From assembly GCA_965206745.1 (NCBI GenBank), contig OZ242220.1, positions 96,001-160,000 of the forward strand: 64,000 bases of DNA. Reading direction: 5' to 3'. The stretch is from Nitrosopumilus sp. Lineage in GTDB: Archaea > Thermoproteota > Nitrososphaeria > Nitrososphaerales > Nitrosopumilaceae. The position numbers were made by a program, and so were the translations under genes. How positions within the stretch are numbered: the stretch's first letter is position 1; each line of letters begins with the position of its first letter. Below are positions 10,482-20,989 of the stretch, one piece after another. Under the pieces are notes generated by a model that made no database searches, was not told the origin of the DNA, and saw nothing but the letters and a program-made list of their open reading frames with translations.

Positions 10482-11514
10482 AGCTCTTCCTTATCGCATC
10501 ACCCAGTTCCTTGTCAAGGTTTAACTTTTCCCTGATTGGGGAGATTATTTTTACCAAATAGTTTCCAACTGTCTGCTTCAAGTCTCCGGGATGCAGTTTT
10601 TTTTCCGCAAAATCCTTCTCCAATTCGGCGTAACTGCCGTATGATATGTTGCCGCCAAACTTTTCAGGCCTCTCCACCTTTACTTCACTGAACTGGTGAA
10701 GGATTATGGATCTTGAAATTTCCAGCAGTGGATTATTTTCGATGTTTGCCTCCTCGCACCATGCCTTGTTAATTTTCTTCCTTATCTCCTCATCGGAATC
10801 GTGAATAAACACGCCTGAATTTGGATCCGACTTGCTCATCTTGCCTATTCTGTCAGAGTCTGCAGGTTTCAAAAGTCCGGGTAATAGCTTGTGGTGGACA
10901 GCTACTGGCACCTTCCATTTCATCTTTGGGAATATCTCCCTGACTAGCATGTGGATCTTTCTTTGATCCATTCCGGCATGTGCAATATCCACATCCAGGG
11001 AATGAATATCTACTGCCTGCATTGCCGGATAGAGCAGTTTTGCCACGTCAATTTTTTTATCGTCCTCTGATCTCCCCATTATCGTCAGGGTTCTCATTGT
11101 CCTTGCAATGGACATGTGCTTTGTAAATCTCAAAAGCTCCGACCAGTACTCGGTCTTCTCCTCGTACAGTTTTGATCCCAGTACAATCTCTGCATCGGGG
11201 CAGACCAGTCTGAAGGCATCCTGGTAGTACTTTGAAACTTTTCTGATTGTCTCCCAGTCCCCTCCCAGCTTGTCGTTAATCAGGGTATGCCAGTCGGCAA
11301 GAAAAATCTTGCATCTCACTCCGGCCTTTGCAAAGTCGTTAATCTTAAAGCCCGTACTAATCAGGCTGCCAAGATGCAAAAAACCGGAGATCTCCAATCC
11401 GATGTAGTGTTTTGGCGATGGGTTGGTCTTGAGCAACTCTATCAGCTCTTCTTTTGTTACAATCTCCTCAGTAGGCGGTCTCTGAATCAGATCCACTTTT
11501 TCTGTAATATCCAA
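10471..11514 (-). CDS. tyrS: Tyrosine--tRNA ligase (archaeal type)
   Basis: HLGS (HIGH-like), YPAMQAVD, GMDQRKIH, KMSKS. Confidence 0.95.
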   Translation of the reverse strand: MDITEKVDLIQRPPTEEIVTKEELIELLKTNPSPKHYIGLEISGFLHLGSLISTGFKINDFAKAGVRCKIFLADWHTLINDKLGGDWETIRKVSKYYQDAFRLVCPDAEIVLGSKLYEEKTEYWSELLRFTKHMSIARTMRTLTIMGRSEDDKKIDVAKLLYPAMQAVDIHSLDVDIAHAGMDQRKIHMLVREIFPKMKWKVPVAVHHKLLPGLLKPADSDRIGKMSKSDPNSGVFIHDSDEEIRKKINKAWCEEANIENNPLLEISRSIILHQFSEVKVERPEKFGGNISYGSYAELEKDFAEKKLHPGDLKQTVGNYLVKIISPIREKLNLDKELGDAIRKSFRL

Positions 11515-11600
11515 ACCAAAACAGCTTTTGAAAAGTAAACGTATAAAGTTATTCTAAATCCCAGTCTAGAAGGTTTGAATAGACGAGATCCTTCCTACTG

Positions 11601-11804
11601 TTGATGACTCTTGAGGAGGGACTGGAACTGATTGAAAACTACAAGAAAGGTCTTGAAAAGTTTCTTGAGACGTTGCCTGAACAGTCAGTGCAGCTAGGCT
11701 CAGAGATGATTCAGACACTGTCGATAAACTCGAAGAATCAGATCAAAAATCTGCAGGCAATAGAAGAGGCTCTGAGAAGAGAACCTAGATGCGAGCCTGA
11801 ATAG
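11601..11804 (+). CDS. Small helical hypothetical protein
   Basis: 67-aa ORF with core-like composition. Confidence 0.6.
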   Translation: MMTLEEGLELIENYKKGLEKFLETLPEQSVQLGSEMIQTLSINSKNQIKNLQAIEEALRREPRCEPE

Positions 11805-11806
11805 TC

Positions 11807-11995
11807 CTACTTGCAGTTCTTTCTGTGCTTTCTTAGATCATCTGTGGTGTCAAATTCTGCTCCACACGCCCTGCATTTCTCTTTTTTCTTGTTGTGGGCT
11901 TTCTCCTGATGCCTCTTTAGTCTGTCAGAATCTGCAAGAACTGTCCCGCATTTTTTGCACTTTAACTCATTTTTACTAGAACCAAATAATCCCAC
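11807..11995 (-). CDS. C2H2 zinc-finger protein
   Basis: CKKC...HQEKAH and CRAC...HRKNC fingers. Confidence 0.8.
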   Translation of the reverse strand: MGLFGSSKNELKCKKCGTVLADSDRLKRHQEKAHNKKKEKCRACGAEFDTTDDLRKHRKNCK

Positions 11996-12068
11996 GTCTG
12001 AATTAGTCAGGCATAGTAGAAATAGTTTCTTATCGGATTGTATCTGAAGAATCTGCCTGGGCCTCTGC

Positions 12069-12641
12069 TTATTCCAAGCTCTTTCTCGGCTTTACACTGA
12101 GATAGAACGCATGGGTGCTGATGATGAATGCCGCAAGAAACACCTTGGTTGCAAAGACCAGATTCCATGGCCTGTCAGTATCCGGATAGGCAATTGACAG
12201 CCTGTCGATATCCGGAGTCGCCCCGCCTATGAATCCCGCAGTCATCTGCGCGTTTAGCACGGTAAAGTTGTACAGTACCTCATAGAGGCAGATAATTGAA
12301 AATCCCAGCAGCATCAGTTGGAGCAGTGCCATTCTTGCACCTACAATCTTGTCCCCTGCCGTCCTTCTCCATCCGATCCTTGAAACACAGTACCATCCAA
12401 TTATTGTGGAGAAAAATATCCAGGTCGTGACTCTTGCAAAATTTTCAAACGGAATGGTGGTATTGTGGATGGCCTCTCCCATGACATATGTCCCATTTTC
12501 AATCCATTCTGCCATGGTCACATATACCCCAAAGACCAGCGATGATGCCATTATGAATCCGGAGACATAGAAAATGTACAGATACACCCTGTAACTCGGA
12601 TCTGTCTTTTCAAGATAGCGCGGCTTCATGGTATCTGGCAA
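12069..12641 (-). CDS. Four-TM membrane protein
   Basis: Four hydrophobic segments. Confidence 0.7.
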   Translation of the reverse strand: MPDTMKPRYLEKTDPSYRVYLYIFYVSGFIMASSLVFGVYVTMAEWIENGTYVMGEAIHNTTIPFENFARVTTWIFFSTIIGWYCVSRIGWRRTAGDKIVGARMALLQLMLLGFSIICLYEVLYNFTVLNAQMTAGFIGGATPDIDRLSIAYPDTDRPWNLVFATKVFLAAFIISTHAFYLSVKPRKSLE

Positions 12642-12749
12642 GTCTCGAAATATAAAAATTCATGTTTGTGTGCTGGGATCCGCATCATGCTGTTTTATGC
12701 CACTGAGGATTTGACAGACCAAGAATCTGTCCCTGGTTGGGCCTCCTTG

Positions 12750-13067
12750 GGCATTACATCCAAATGTGATTCAAAGATATCTAATCTGTTCCCTGATGGT
12801 ATTCTGCACTGCATCTCCCCTGTTCATGGCATACTCTATAGGTGTCCGGTGTGAAGAATTCCCAAGGACTGACTCGGATACTGGCATCTATGCGACTTTG
12901 TAATTTGGGACCTCTGCAGTTGCAGAGTTGAATGGGGGTCTGAATTCAGAAGAGATCCGTATCTGGTGTCTTGTGTATCATGACTAGATGAGAATCCAAA
13001 TTTGAGGGACTTTTGAATCAGAACAAGTCCGTATTTGGTACCCAACCTCCAAAGACCTGACAGTACC
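12750..13067 (-). mobile_element. Degenerate IS6-like element (left end plus decayed interior)
   Basis: Minus strand from 13067 reads GGTACTGTCAGGTCTTTGGAGGTTGGGTACCAAATACGGA, aligning with the mini-element end at 62230 (GGCATTGTCAAGTCTTCGTATGTTAGTCACCAAGTATGGA). Interior has no intact ORF; left limit approximate. Confidence 0.5.
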
Positions 13068-13260
13068 CTCAGATTATACAGTTTACAATGAGGGAATGGC
13101 TGCATTTGATGCAGGAGATCCCCGGGATGACAGAATGGATATTGAGGCGATCAGGCAAACGAGCCTAAAGTGGAGGGTATTTGAATAGCATCATTTTTTG
13201 TCAAGACCGAAATGTTTGCAAACCTATTAAATATATATACTCAAGTGACAACTTTCCATT

Positions 13261-16200
13261 ATGAATAATGTTACATACGTGCTATTTGCCGTATGTATTG
13301 TATTTGCCTTTGTAATAGTTGCGACTCCTCCTGTATTTGCAGTTCATAGTATCTCAGATTCTCCTGGTGGCGGAGTGACTGATGTTCCGGCAGGGGTGGA
13401 ATATAGGTTTAACTTTAACACTACTGGGGTACAAACTGATCAATCTGAAAGTTGGACTGCCGTAAGTACCGAAGCTAGTTGTACGACCAATAGTGCTGCC
13501 ATTGATTCCGATGGAGTATTTACGTGGACTCCAGTCATTGCAGATGTAGGTAAAACATGTGGTTTTCAGATAATATCCACCGCGCTTAATGCTGACGGTA
13601 ATAGTCACAATAACTTCCCTACATTTCAATTCATGATAACCTCTCCACCAAACACTCCTCCCGTATTTGATCCCCTTCCAATGGGTTTCCCTACATCACT
13701 TGCTGCAGGTGATAGGGTATCATTTGTATTACGAGCTACAGATGCTGATAATGATGCTTTAACATCGGTGTTCACGCCGTCAGTGAGCTCTGATCCGAAT
13801 CTACGCATTGACGAGAACCGGCCACAAACTGGTACTAGCGTTTTTACTTTTACATGGACTCCCACTTTAGCTCAAGTTGGTCCGCATGACTTTACGATTA
13901 CAGTCAATGATCTAAATCCTGGTGGAAGAATCACTCTGCCGTTTACACTAGAGGTGACAGCACCACCGGCCAATCGCCTACCAACAATCTCACAGCCATC
14001 CGGTGTCAATCCCAATCCTAATGTAGGTGAAACAGTAGTGATTCCTTTTACTGCCACTGATCTTGACGATGATGAGATAACATGGCTTACATTTGGTGGT
14101 GGTAGATACCACGACGACGGAACGGCTGGAGACCGCGGTTACACCCTTGACCAAGACGGAGTATTCACATGGACTCCTCAGCTATCAGATTTAGATGTGA
14201 CATTCGTAAATATTGGTTTTGCTATTGTAGAAAATCATCAAGAGTTGGAGCGACCTCCAAATGGTGCTAATATACTCAATAATCAACATAACATTGATCG
14301 TATCACTATTCATACACTCGAATTTTTTGTCCAAAACAGAGCTCCAGAAATAGAGTTTCCACCTGACACACCTGAGATAGTTTACATAGACAGACTAGTA
14401 TCATTTGAACTGAGCGCCACGGATGAGGACGGCCATACTCCAAGTTTTACTTTAACCACCGACCTGAGTGCGACTATCACTCCAGGCGGGTCCTTTGAAT
14501 GGACGCCTGATGCATCTCTTCTTGGCACTACTCAGGAAGTTACATTTACGGCAGCGGATAATTCGCCAATTAGGCCAAGAGAAACGACTGAAACACGTTC
14601 ATTTGTCGTATCAGAGATTACACCTGACAATGAAGTGCCAGTTATTGTGATGTATGAGCCAGTCATACTAGAGGGTGAGGCCATTCCTTCACTGGCTGGT
14701 GCAGTTACAGACCCTATTGAACTTCCCATAGATGAAGAAATCGAATACCGAATCTTCAAGAGCTCGGATCTGCCTGATTACATTGTAGAATCCCTGAATT
14801 CTACAACCGGTAATTTCTTGGATGAAGACGGTGAAGCAGTGACGTTCCCATTTGGTACGACAGCTAGTAGCACCACCCTCTTCTTCTCTTGGACATACAT
14901 AGACGACACCGGAGAGTCACCACCCCAACCCCAGCTTGGCTCAATAACGGTAAACAACAACCCTGACCTGGTCCCGACAGTAACGCGTGGAAATGAAGGG
15001 TACGACATTGATGAGTACCGATTTACTGTGATAGATGATGGACCGATTCCTCCTCTATCCACAGTAGTTACAGACTATCCTACAGATCCTGCAGAGACAC
15101 CCGTATACGCCATTGTAGATCCTGGAAACTTGCCTACATTCTTTCTTCTAGAGTCTAACAACATACCTAGAACCTTTGTAGAACGTTTGAATGCAGATAC
15201 GGGTGCATTCCCAGCAACGTTTGCATGTGATTCTGCGCGTATCGGAATTCCTATTGTCTATACCTTTGGTTGGACCTTTACAGACAGTACCGGGACATCA
15301 CCTGTACAACGGGGTACCATAACATCGCAGATTAATTCAGTGGGATCCTGCATCACAGCAAACAATGATGTGCCTGACTTTGCTATATATGGTCCAGAGA
15401 ACTATCAGGGGACGACTCCTCACAGCCTCTCAGTTGCCGTATCTAACCCTCCTGAGAATCCCATAGATAGGACATCCGTATACACTATCATTAGGAACGA
15501 TGATGTGCCTGACTACATTTTAGACTCTCTGGATCCACAAACCGGTGACTTTGCAACCCAGATTAATTGTGATTCTCTCCCAGTGGAGCCACGTACGAAT
15601 TATCGATTCGGGTGGTCATATCAGGACGGCAGCGGAACATATGTGCAGAACAATGGCCAGATGAGGGTGAATATGAATTCAACATGCGCTCCACTTACAG
15701 CAGACAGAGATGAGGTTCCCACCCTTAATAGATATCAAGTCGAGGTCTTGGAAGGTCAGCCTATTCCACGCCTCTCAACTGCTGTAACAAACCCTTTTGA
15801 GGTTCCTGCAGTGACACATGAATATACTATAACCTCAGGAGAGTTGAGAAAGGTACAATACATTCGGGATTCCCTGGATTCTGCAACCGGTGGCTTTGGT
15901 GAGGTATTTAGCTGTGATACCGTATCTGCTGGTGAAAGTGAGAGGTATGATTTTGTTTGGTCATTTGAGGACGGTGTCAACTCAGTAGCGAGCGCTCCCG
16001 AAGGTACCATAACAGTAATTGATGATCCAAACTGCATGACAGAAATTACATCAACAAATGAGGTACCTATAGTTAGTATCTATGACGAGGATGCAGTCGA
16101 AGGACAGACCATTCCAAGCCTCTCAACTGCAGTATTTGACCCTCCTGAGAGTTCAACAGATGGGGCAATCAGATACGATATCACCGCAGGAGATTTATTT

Positions 16201-18144
16201 ACTAATCCTGCATACGGATACATTGTAGACTCCCTAGACCATACAACCGGTGACTTTGGAGCTGTGTTTAACTGTGGTACATTAGGGAACGGACAGACAA
16301 ACCTTGGATTTACTTGGACATACACAGATGGCAGTAGCAGCGGCGGTAACACACAAACTGTCACGTCAAGTGTTATAACAGTAAATAATGATAATAACTG
16401 CCGTACGCCAGACAATGAAGCCCCCGTATTTGATAGTCAATATCGCCCAAGTATATCCGCAGGGCACCCCATTCCTCCCCTCTCAACTGTTGTAACAAAC
16501 CCTCCTGAGGATCCAATCGACGAGTTTATCCAATACACTATCATAACTGATCCTCTAAGCCAAGCGGATTTCGGAATCGAAAACGATGTTACAATTGGAT
16601 TGCCACAACACATCCATGATTCTCTGGATCCTGTAACCGGTGAGTTTTCAGCGGTATTCTCATGTGATACGCCCATTGGTGAGGGAGGTACAAGAACATA
16701 TAGTTTTGATTGGACATTACGAGATGAAAATAATGTTAACACAAACAATATAGGTATAGAAGGAAGCCCCGGTAGCGGGGCGCCTGAACCAATGGTACAA
16801 TTTGCCGGTATAGTAGTAGAGCGAAATGACCAATGTACCGAATTAATCAATGAAGAGCCAAGATTTAGAACCTACTTTTCAACTGTAAGACCAGGCGGAG
16901 CCATTCCAGGCCTTAGTATGGCAGTAACGGATCCCGAAGAGGATCCAACAGACACATCCATAGCATACAGAATCATAAACCCAGGCAACCTGCCTGAGGA
17001 TATCGCATCAACCCTAGTTATGGGTACAGGTGAAATCCCAGGACAGTTCGATGACAGCTATCTAGAGGATGTGGATTCAAGATCGTTTGTGTTTACCTGG
17101 TCATATCAGGATGATAACAGGGAATACGAGCCAAGGACTGCCGTGCTGATACTGGCCGAGAACTCTGGCGGCAGCTCAAATGACTGGAAGAAAAAGCCAA
17201 CCTTTGGCAAGTCATGGGAGATATCCTCATCGCAGCTGGTAACTGACGGATTCACATTCAACGACTATACCCTGGATATTACAGACAACTGGCATACCGA
17301 ATTTAGAAGGACCTCATCGATAATCGGTGAGACAAACAGCGTGACTCTAAAGGCATTCTCACCTGATGGATTCAGCTATGTGGCACTGTCACTCGGGGTG
17401 CCAGAAATTGGTATGGCAACTGATGCGGAAACTGACATCATACTGATGCTGGAGAGAAACTATGAGAATCCCGATGATTACGACATTACTGAGATAATTC
17501 ACGAGCAAAAGGAATCACTAGTCGATGAGAGCCAGACAACGGCTACAGTCACCAAGGTACTGTGCAACCCACGCGATGCCGTTCCGTGCCATTCATTTGA
17601 TATAAATTTCAAGGTTGATGCGCCGCTAAAGTCCGACGTGCTGGCAATATCTGCAGTCGATTCCAAGCGACGCAGCACCACCACATACATCAACGAGGGC
17701 GTAGAGTTTACAGGAGATGCAATACTTGCGCCAAACACGCACCTTATGGTGCAGAAAAAGACAAACCAGGGACCTGCAGAGATGCTCACACTAGTCCAGC
17801 AGGACCGAAGATACAACATCTGGGAGGATGATTCGGGGTATCTGTGGGCACAAAATGATCACGGCAGCTGGTTCTCAATTACTGCACCGGAGATGGAGCG
17901 GTTTGAGGACAGGGCAGTCAACGTAATGACCCGGATGCATTCAAACTTTGACAGCCTAAAGCATGACGAGCGCCAAAAGGCAACCCTGATGTTTGATGCA
18001 AGCAAGCTGGTATCAGTGCCTGATGCGACGTTTAACTATGACTATTCCGGCGTAAGCTATGGCGTCTCAAAGATGGACCAGCTGGCAGAGGAACTGGACA
18101 TTGAGCAGGGCAAGGCGCAGAAGATAATGGAACTGTTAAGGTAG
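13261..18144 (+). CDS. Large secreted/surface protein: signal peptide, four Ig/cadherin-like domains, seven ~110-140 aa repeats, distinct C-terminal domain
   Basis: Four F(T/E)WTP motifs with ATDxD motifs; repeat consensus NE.P...Y......IP.LST.VT.P.E....Y.I...YI.DSLD..TG.F...C......F.W...D. Confidence 0.85.
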   Translation: MNNVTYVLFAVCIVFAFVIVATPPVFAVHSISDSPGGGVTDVPAGVEYRFNFNTTGVQTDQSESWTAVSTEASCTTNSAAIDSDGVFTWTPVIADVGKTCGFQIISTALNADGNSHNNFPTFQFMITSPPNTPPVFDPLPMGFPTSLAAGDRVSFVLRATDADNDALTSVFTPSVSSDPNLRIDENRPQTGTSVFTFTWTPTLAQVGPHDFTITVNDLNPGGRITLPFTLEVTAPPANRLPTISQPSGVNPNPNVGETVVIPFTATDLDDDEITWLTFGGGRYHDDGTAGDRGYTLDQDGVFTWTPQLSDLDVTFVNIGFAIVENHQELERPPNGANILNNQHNIDRITIHTLEFFVQNRAPEIEFPPDTPEIVYIDRLVSFELSATDEDGHTPSFTLTTDLSATITPGGSFEWTPDASLLGTTQEVTFTAADNSPIRPRETTETRSFVVSEITPDNEVPVIVMYEPVILEGEAIPSLAGAVTDPIELPIDEEIEYRIFKSSDLPDYIVESLNSTTGNFLDEDGEAVTFPFGTTASSTTLFFSWTYIDDTGESPPQPQLGSITVNNNPDLVPTVTRGNEGYDIDEYRFTVIDDGPIPPLSTVVTDYPTDPAETPVYAIVDPGNLPTFFLLESNNIPRTFVERLNADTGAFPATFACDSARIGIPIVYTFGWTFTDSTGTSPVQRGTITSQINSVGSCITANNDVPDFAIYGPENYQGTTPHSLSVAVSNPPENPIDRTSVYTIIRNDDVPDYILDSLDPQTGDFATQINCDSLPVEPRTNYRFGWSYQDGSGTYVQNNGQMRVNMNSTCAPLTADRDEVPTLNRYQVEVLEGQPIPRLSTAVTNPFEVPAVTHEYTITSGELRKVQYIRDSLDSATGGFGEVFSCDTVSAGESERYDFVWSFEDGVNSVASAPEGTITVIDDPNCMTEITSTNEVPIVSIYDEDAVEGQTIPSLSTAVFDPPESSTDGAIRYDITAGDLFTNPAYGYIVDSLDHTTGDFGAVFNCGTLGNGQTNLGFTWTYTDGSSSGGNTQTVTSSVITVNNDNNCRTPDNEAPVFDSQYRPSISAGHPIPPLSTVVTNPPEDPIDEFIQYTIITDPLSQADFGIENDVTIGLPQHIHDSLDPVTGEFSAVFSCDTPIGEGGTRTYSFDWTLRDENNVNTNNIGIEGSPGSGAPEPMVQFAGIVVERNDQCTELINEEPRFRTYFSTVRPGGAIPGLSMAVTDPEEDPTDTSIAYRIINPGNLPEDIASTLVMGTGEIPGQFDDSYLEDVDSRSFVFTWSYQDDNREYEPRTAVLILAENSGGSSNDWKKKPTFGKSWEISSSQLVTDGFTFNDYTLDITDNWHTEFRRTSSIIGETNSVTLKAFSPDGFSYVALSLGVPEIGMATDAETDIILMLERNYENPDDYDITEIIHEQKESLVDESQTTATVTKVLCNPRDAVPCHSFDINFKVDAPLKSDVLAISAVDSKRRSTTTYINEGVEFTGDAILAPNTHLMVQKKTNQGPAEMLTLVQQDRRYNIWEDDSGYLWAQNDHGSWFSITAPEMERFEDRAVNVMTRMHSNFDSLKHDERQKATLMFDASKLVSVPDATFNYDYSGVSYGVSKMDQLAEELDIEQGKAQKIMELLR

Positions 18145-18225
18145 GCTTTACAGGCCATGATCTCAGGTCTGATAATATCATAAAACTGGCGGGACCATTC
18201 TACCTGTCAAATGTGGATACGTGGT

Positions 18226-19428
18226 CTAGTCAACAGTTAGATTCTCTTCTATCTCTTCTGCAAGAAAGACCTTACTTGTGAATTTTATGTCGGTTTGTTT
18301 CAAAATCCCTGCATTGACAAGTGCCATGACCGTATTTTTTGCAGCGGGATATGTAATCCTTAAAAATTTGCCAGCATTTGGTATTGTAATGTAAGGGTTA
18401 TTAAATAAATATTCCATTAAAAATATTGCATTACTGCTAGCGTTTCGATCCTTTAATGTCACTACATATTTTTTTCGTAGATCTGATAATTTTTGAATAT
18501 TTTTTATTGTTTCATCAGCCTGGGATGAAAAAGCTTGAAGAAAAAACTTTATCCATTCACTCCATCTGCTTTTTTGACTGACCTCTAATAACCCGTTATA
18601 GTATTCCTCCCTATGTTTATCAAAGAATGCACTCAGATACAATAACGGCTGAGGCAACAAACCTTTTTCATAGAGTATCAGCGGCAAAAGCAATCTTCCA
18701 ATCCTTCCATTCCCATCAAGAAAGGGATGTATTGCTTCAAACTGGTAGTGGATAATTGCACATTGAACCAATGGGGATATTGCATCATGATCTGCTTGAA
18801 AAAATGTCTGTAGGTTATTTAACAATTCCAGTATTTTCTCAGGTGGCGGAGGAGTGTAGATGATCTCTGATATTGTGCCCTGCCTTTTCACAATCCAGTT
18901 TTGTCCATCACGAAACCTGCCAGGATGTTTGTCTTCACCTCGTACTCCTTTTAGAAGTTTTTTATGTGCATCTCGTAACAGATCAAGGTCAACTTGTTTT
19001 CCACCTTTTATTTTATCCAAAGAATTTTCCAATGCATCAACATAATTCCGAACCTCTTTGAGTCCCAAGTGATCCATCTCATTTTTTCCGATATTGCCAA
19101 TAGCTTCTTGCCTGTTCAAATCTTCAAGAGAAGCCAAAGTTCCTTCAATTTTTGAGCTTAGAACTGCCTCTCTTTTCAGATATGCTCTAATCAGAATATT
19201 AGGATTTGCAAGCTCATTTCCCTTTCCTTTTAATTCCCCTATTTTTCTTTCAGCCTTTGCAAGCAACATGATCAATTCACCATCATAATCGATTGTAGGA
19301 GGTAATTTTGTAGGTAGAAATGTTATTTGGTTTTTTTGATTGGATACGAAGATGCCATTTGGTTTTGTAAATTCATCTAGGTTCCATACTGGCTCATTAT
19401 ACCTATCTTTAACAGATTCAACGATCAT
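18226..19428 (-). CDS. Fic-family protein (class II, autoinhibited) with C-terminal HTH
   Basis: Catalytic HPFLDGNGRIGR and N-terminal inhibitory SSKIEG motif. Confidence 0.92.
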   Translation of the reverse strand: MIVESVKDRYNEPVWNLDEFTKPNGIFVSNQKNQITFLPTKLPPTIDYDGELIMLLAKAERKIGELKGKGNELANPNILIRAYLKREAVLSSKIEGTLASLEDLNRQEAIGNIGKNEMDHLGLKEVRNYVDALENSLDKIKGGKQVDLDLLRDAHKKLLKGVRGEDKHPGRFRDGQNWIVKRQGTISEIIYTPPPPEKILELLNNLQTFFQADHDAISPLVQCAIIHYQFEAIHPFLDGNGRIGRLLLPLILYEKGLLPQPLLYLSAFFDKHREEYYNGLLEVSQKSRWSEWIKFFLQAFSSQADETIKNIQKLSDLRKKYVVTLKDRNASSNAIFLMEYLFNNPYITIPNAGKFLRITYPAAKNTVMALVNAGILKQTDIKFTSKVFLAEEIEENLTVD

Positions 19429-19735
19429 TAAACAAAAACACCCATTTGTTTAATCCGCGCACTCGTAATATAAAAAGATGAAGTTGTTTTTAGGGTTCTG
19501 TAATCTTGGAGACCTGAAATATAGATCTTATTCCAATTCAAAAAATCTCCGACTTTGGTCAAATGCAGTGATCTGATCACTGTTTGTGACCAGAACCCTA
19601 AAGGTTTTGTAAATTCATCTAGGTTCCATACTGGCTCATTATACCTATCTTTAACAGATTCAACGACCATTAAACAAAAACACCCATTTGTTTAATCCGC
19701 GTACTCGTAATGTAAAAAGATGAGGTTATTTTTAG
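19361..19735. repeat. 133-bp direct repeat (19361-19493 and 19603-19735) covering the Fic promoter and first ~22 codons
   Basis: The two copies are near-identical, offset by 242 bp, with a few substitutions. Confidence 0.92.
19489..19602. mobile_element. MITE-like mini-element with 12-bp terminal inverted repeats
   Basis: TTTAGGGTTCTG at 19489-19500 and CAGAACCCTAAA at 19591-19602 are perfect reverse complements and lie exactly between the two repeat copies. Confidence 0.65.
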
Positions 19736-19884
19736 AGTGGATAGTGGGATTTTCAACTCATCTCTGCCTAGTCACTCCTACATATGGAGTGCTGAAATCA
19801 CTCGAATTTTACATTCTAGTGAAACCTTCACTCAGCAGCGCAAGTTATAGTAATAGATAAATATGAATTTTGTAAGAATTAACC

Positions 19885-20082
19885 ATGAATCATCAGCACA
19901 AGCGACATACAGTGAAATACATATTCACTCCAGAACAAATTGCAGAGCAGAAACAATTTATCAACGATTTAGAAAACAATACGGCAGATATTGTTTTTGA
20001 AGGCAGTTTTTTAGAGGCAAAAGCATATCTTTCTGCAATAGATCAACTTGTAGACCATCATCCAACAAAGCAGACTTTCTAA
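19885..20082 (+). CDS. Small hypothetical protein
   Basis: 65-aa ORF with AT-rich TATA-like upstream sequence. Confidence 0.45.
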   Translation: MNHQHKRHTVKYIFTPEQIAEQKQFINDLENNTADIVFEGSFLEAKAYLSAIDQLVDHHPTKQTF

Positions 20083-20143
20083 AATTCCATAATCGTAGTA
20101 AATAATTAATAAATTTTTATCTATAGTTTGTGACATTCTAGTA

Positions 20144-20803
20144 ATGATGAATCAAGAATTATTCCCAAATCCAACAAACGTATTTTTGAGGCAATATTTC
20201 TATGCTAAGAAAAAAACTCAGAATAGACAAATTGACAACATTGAAATAAAAATAACAAAGAAAACCATCTTTCCAATAATTAAATCAAAAACAAAAGAAT
20301 CCATTATTCAAAAATCAAATATAGATGAATTCATCAGAGATTGTAAAGAGATATCTTCTATCATATATTACAAGTATGATCTGAAAAAAACATTTCAATT
20401 AGATTTAGAAGTTTATCAAATGTGTTTACAAAAAATTGATCAGACAGGACTGTCAAGGGAAAACAAATACATGATACACTGTTTGTTAGATTCACTAAAA
20501 GATTACACAGAAAACATTATACAGATTTCTAAAAGAGAAAAAGAGTTAGAAAACATATCTAAACATCTTGATTATGCAGATTTTAAAAGATCACTTTATG
20601 GAAGCATGCTTGCATTTATTTGTATAATGATTGGAATATTAGCAACACCAACAATCAAAATACGGACAGACATCTTGACAAAATTGATAAATGAAGGATT
20701 TAATTTTGCATCCAATCTTGATTCATATACAGATACATTGGACATACTAACAAATCCTGATGAATTAGAACTGTTAAAAAAATCAGAATTAGACATAAAG
20801 TGA
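20144..20803 (+). CDS. Hypothetical protein; C-terminus resembles an antitoxin tail
   Basis: AT-rich 219-aa ORF ending YTDTLDILTNPDELELLKKSELDIK. Confidence 0.55.
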   Translation: MMNQELFPNPTNVFLRQYFYAKKKTQNRQIDNIEIKITKKTIFPIIKSKTKESIIQKSNIDEFIRDCKEISSIIYYKYDLKKTFQLDLEVYQMCLQKIDQTGLSRENKYMIHCLLDSLKDYTENIIQISKREKELENISKHLDYADFKRSLYGSMLAFICIMIGILATPTIKIRTDILTKLINEGFNFASNLDSYTDTLDILTNPDELELLKKSELDIK

Positions 20804-20989
20804 TACATTGTAAAATACAGAGATTTTAAACTCATCAAGACTTTACAATACAAAAAATGCAGAGAAGAATTAGAGAGACACTACTTGCCCAATTTGGACA
20901 ATATTTTAGAGAAACTAAAAACAAAACCATGTTGCTGGCCTCAGAGAGGATATATTCAATATTTGATTAAATCTCAAATGATCCACACC

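Noticed and set aside
19428-19670. 80-aa ORF as an independent Fic antitoxin gene
   Set aside because: Fully explained by the duplicated Fic 5' end reading through the mini-element; Fic already has its own inhibitory motif.
20801-20803. Selenocysteine or programmed readthrough at the in-frame TGA
   Set aside because: No SECIS-like structure or redox motif seen; a separate degraded gene is simpler.
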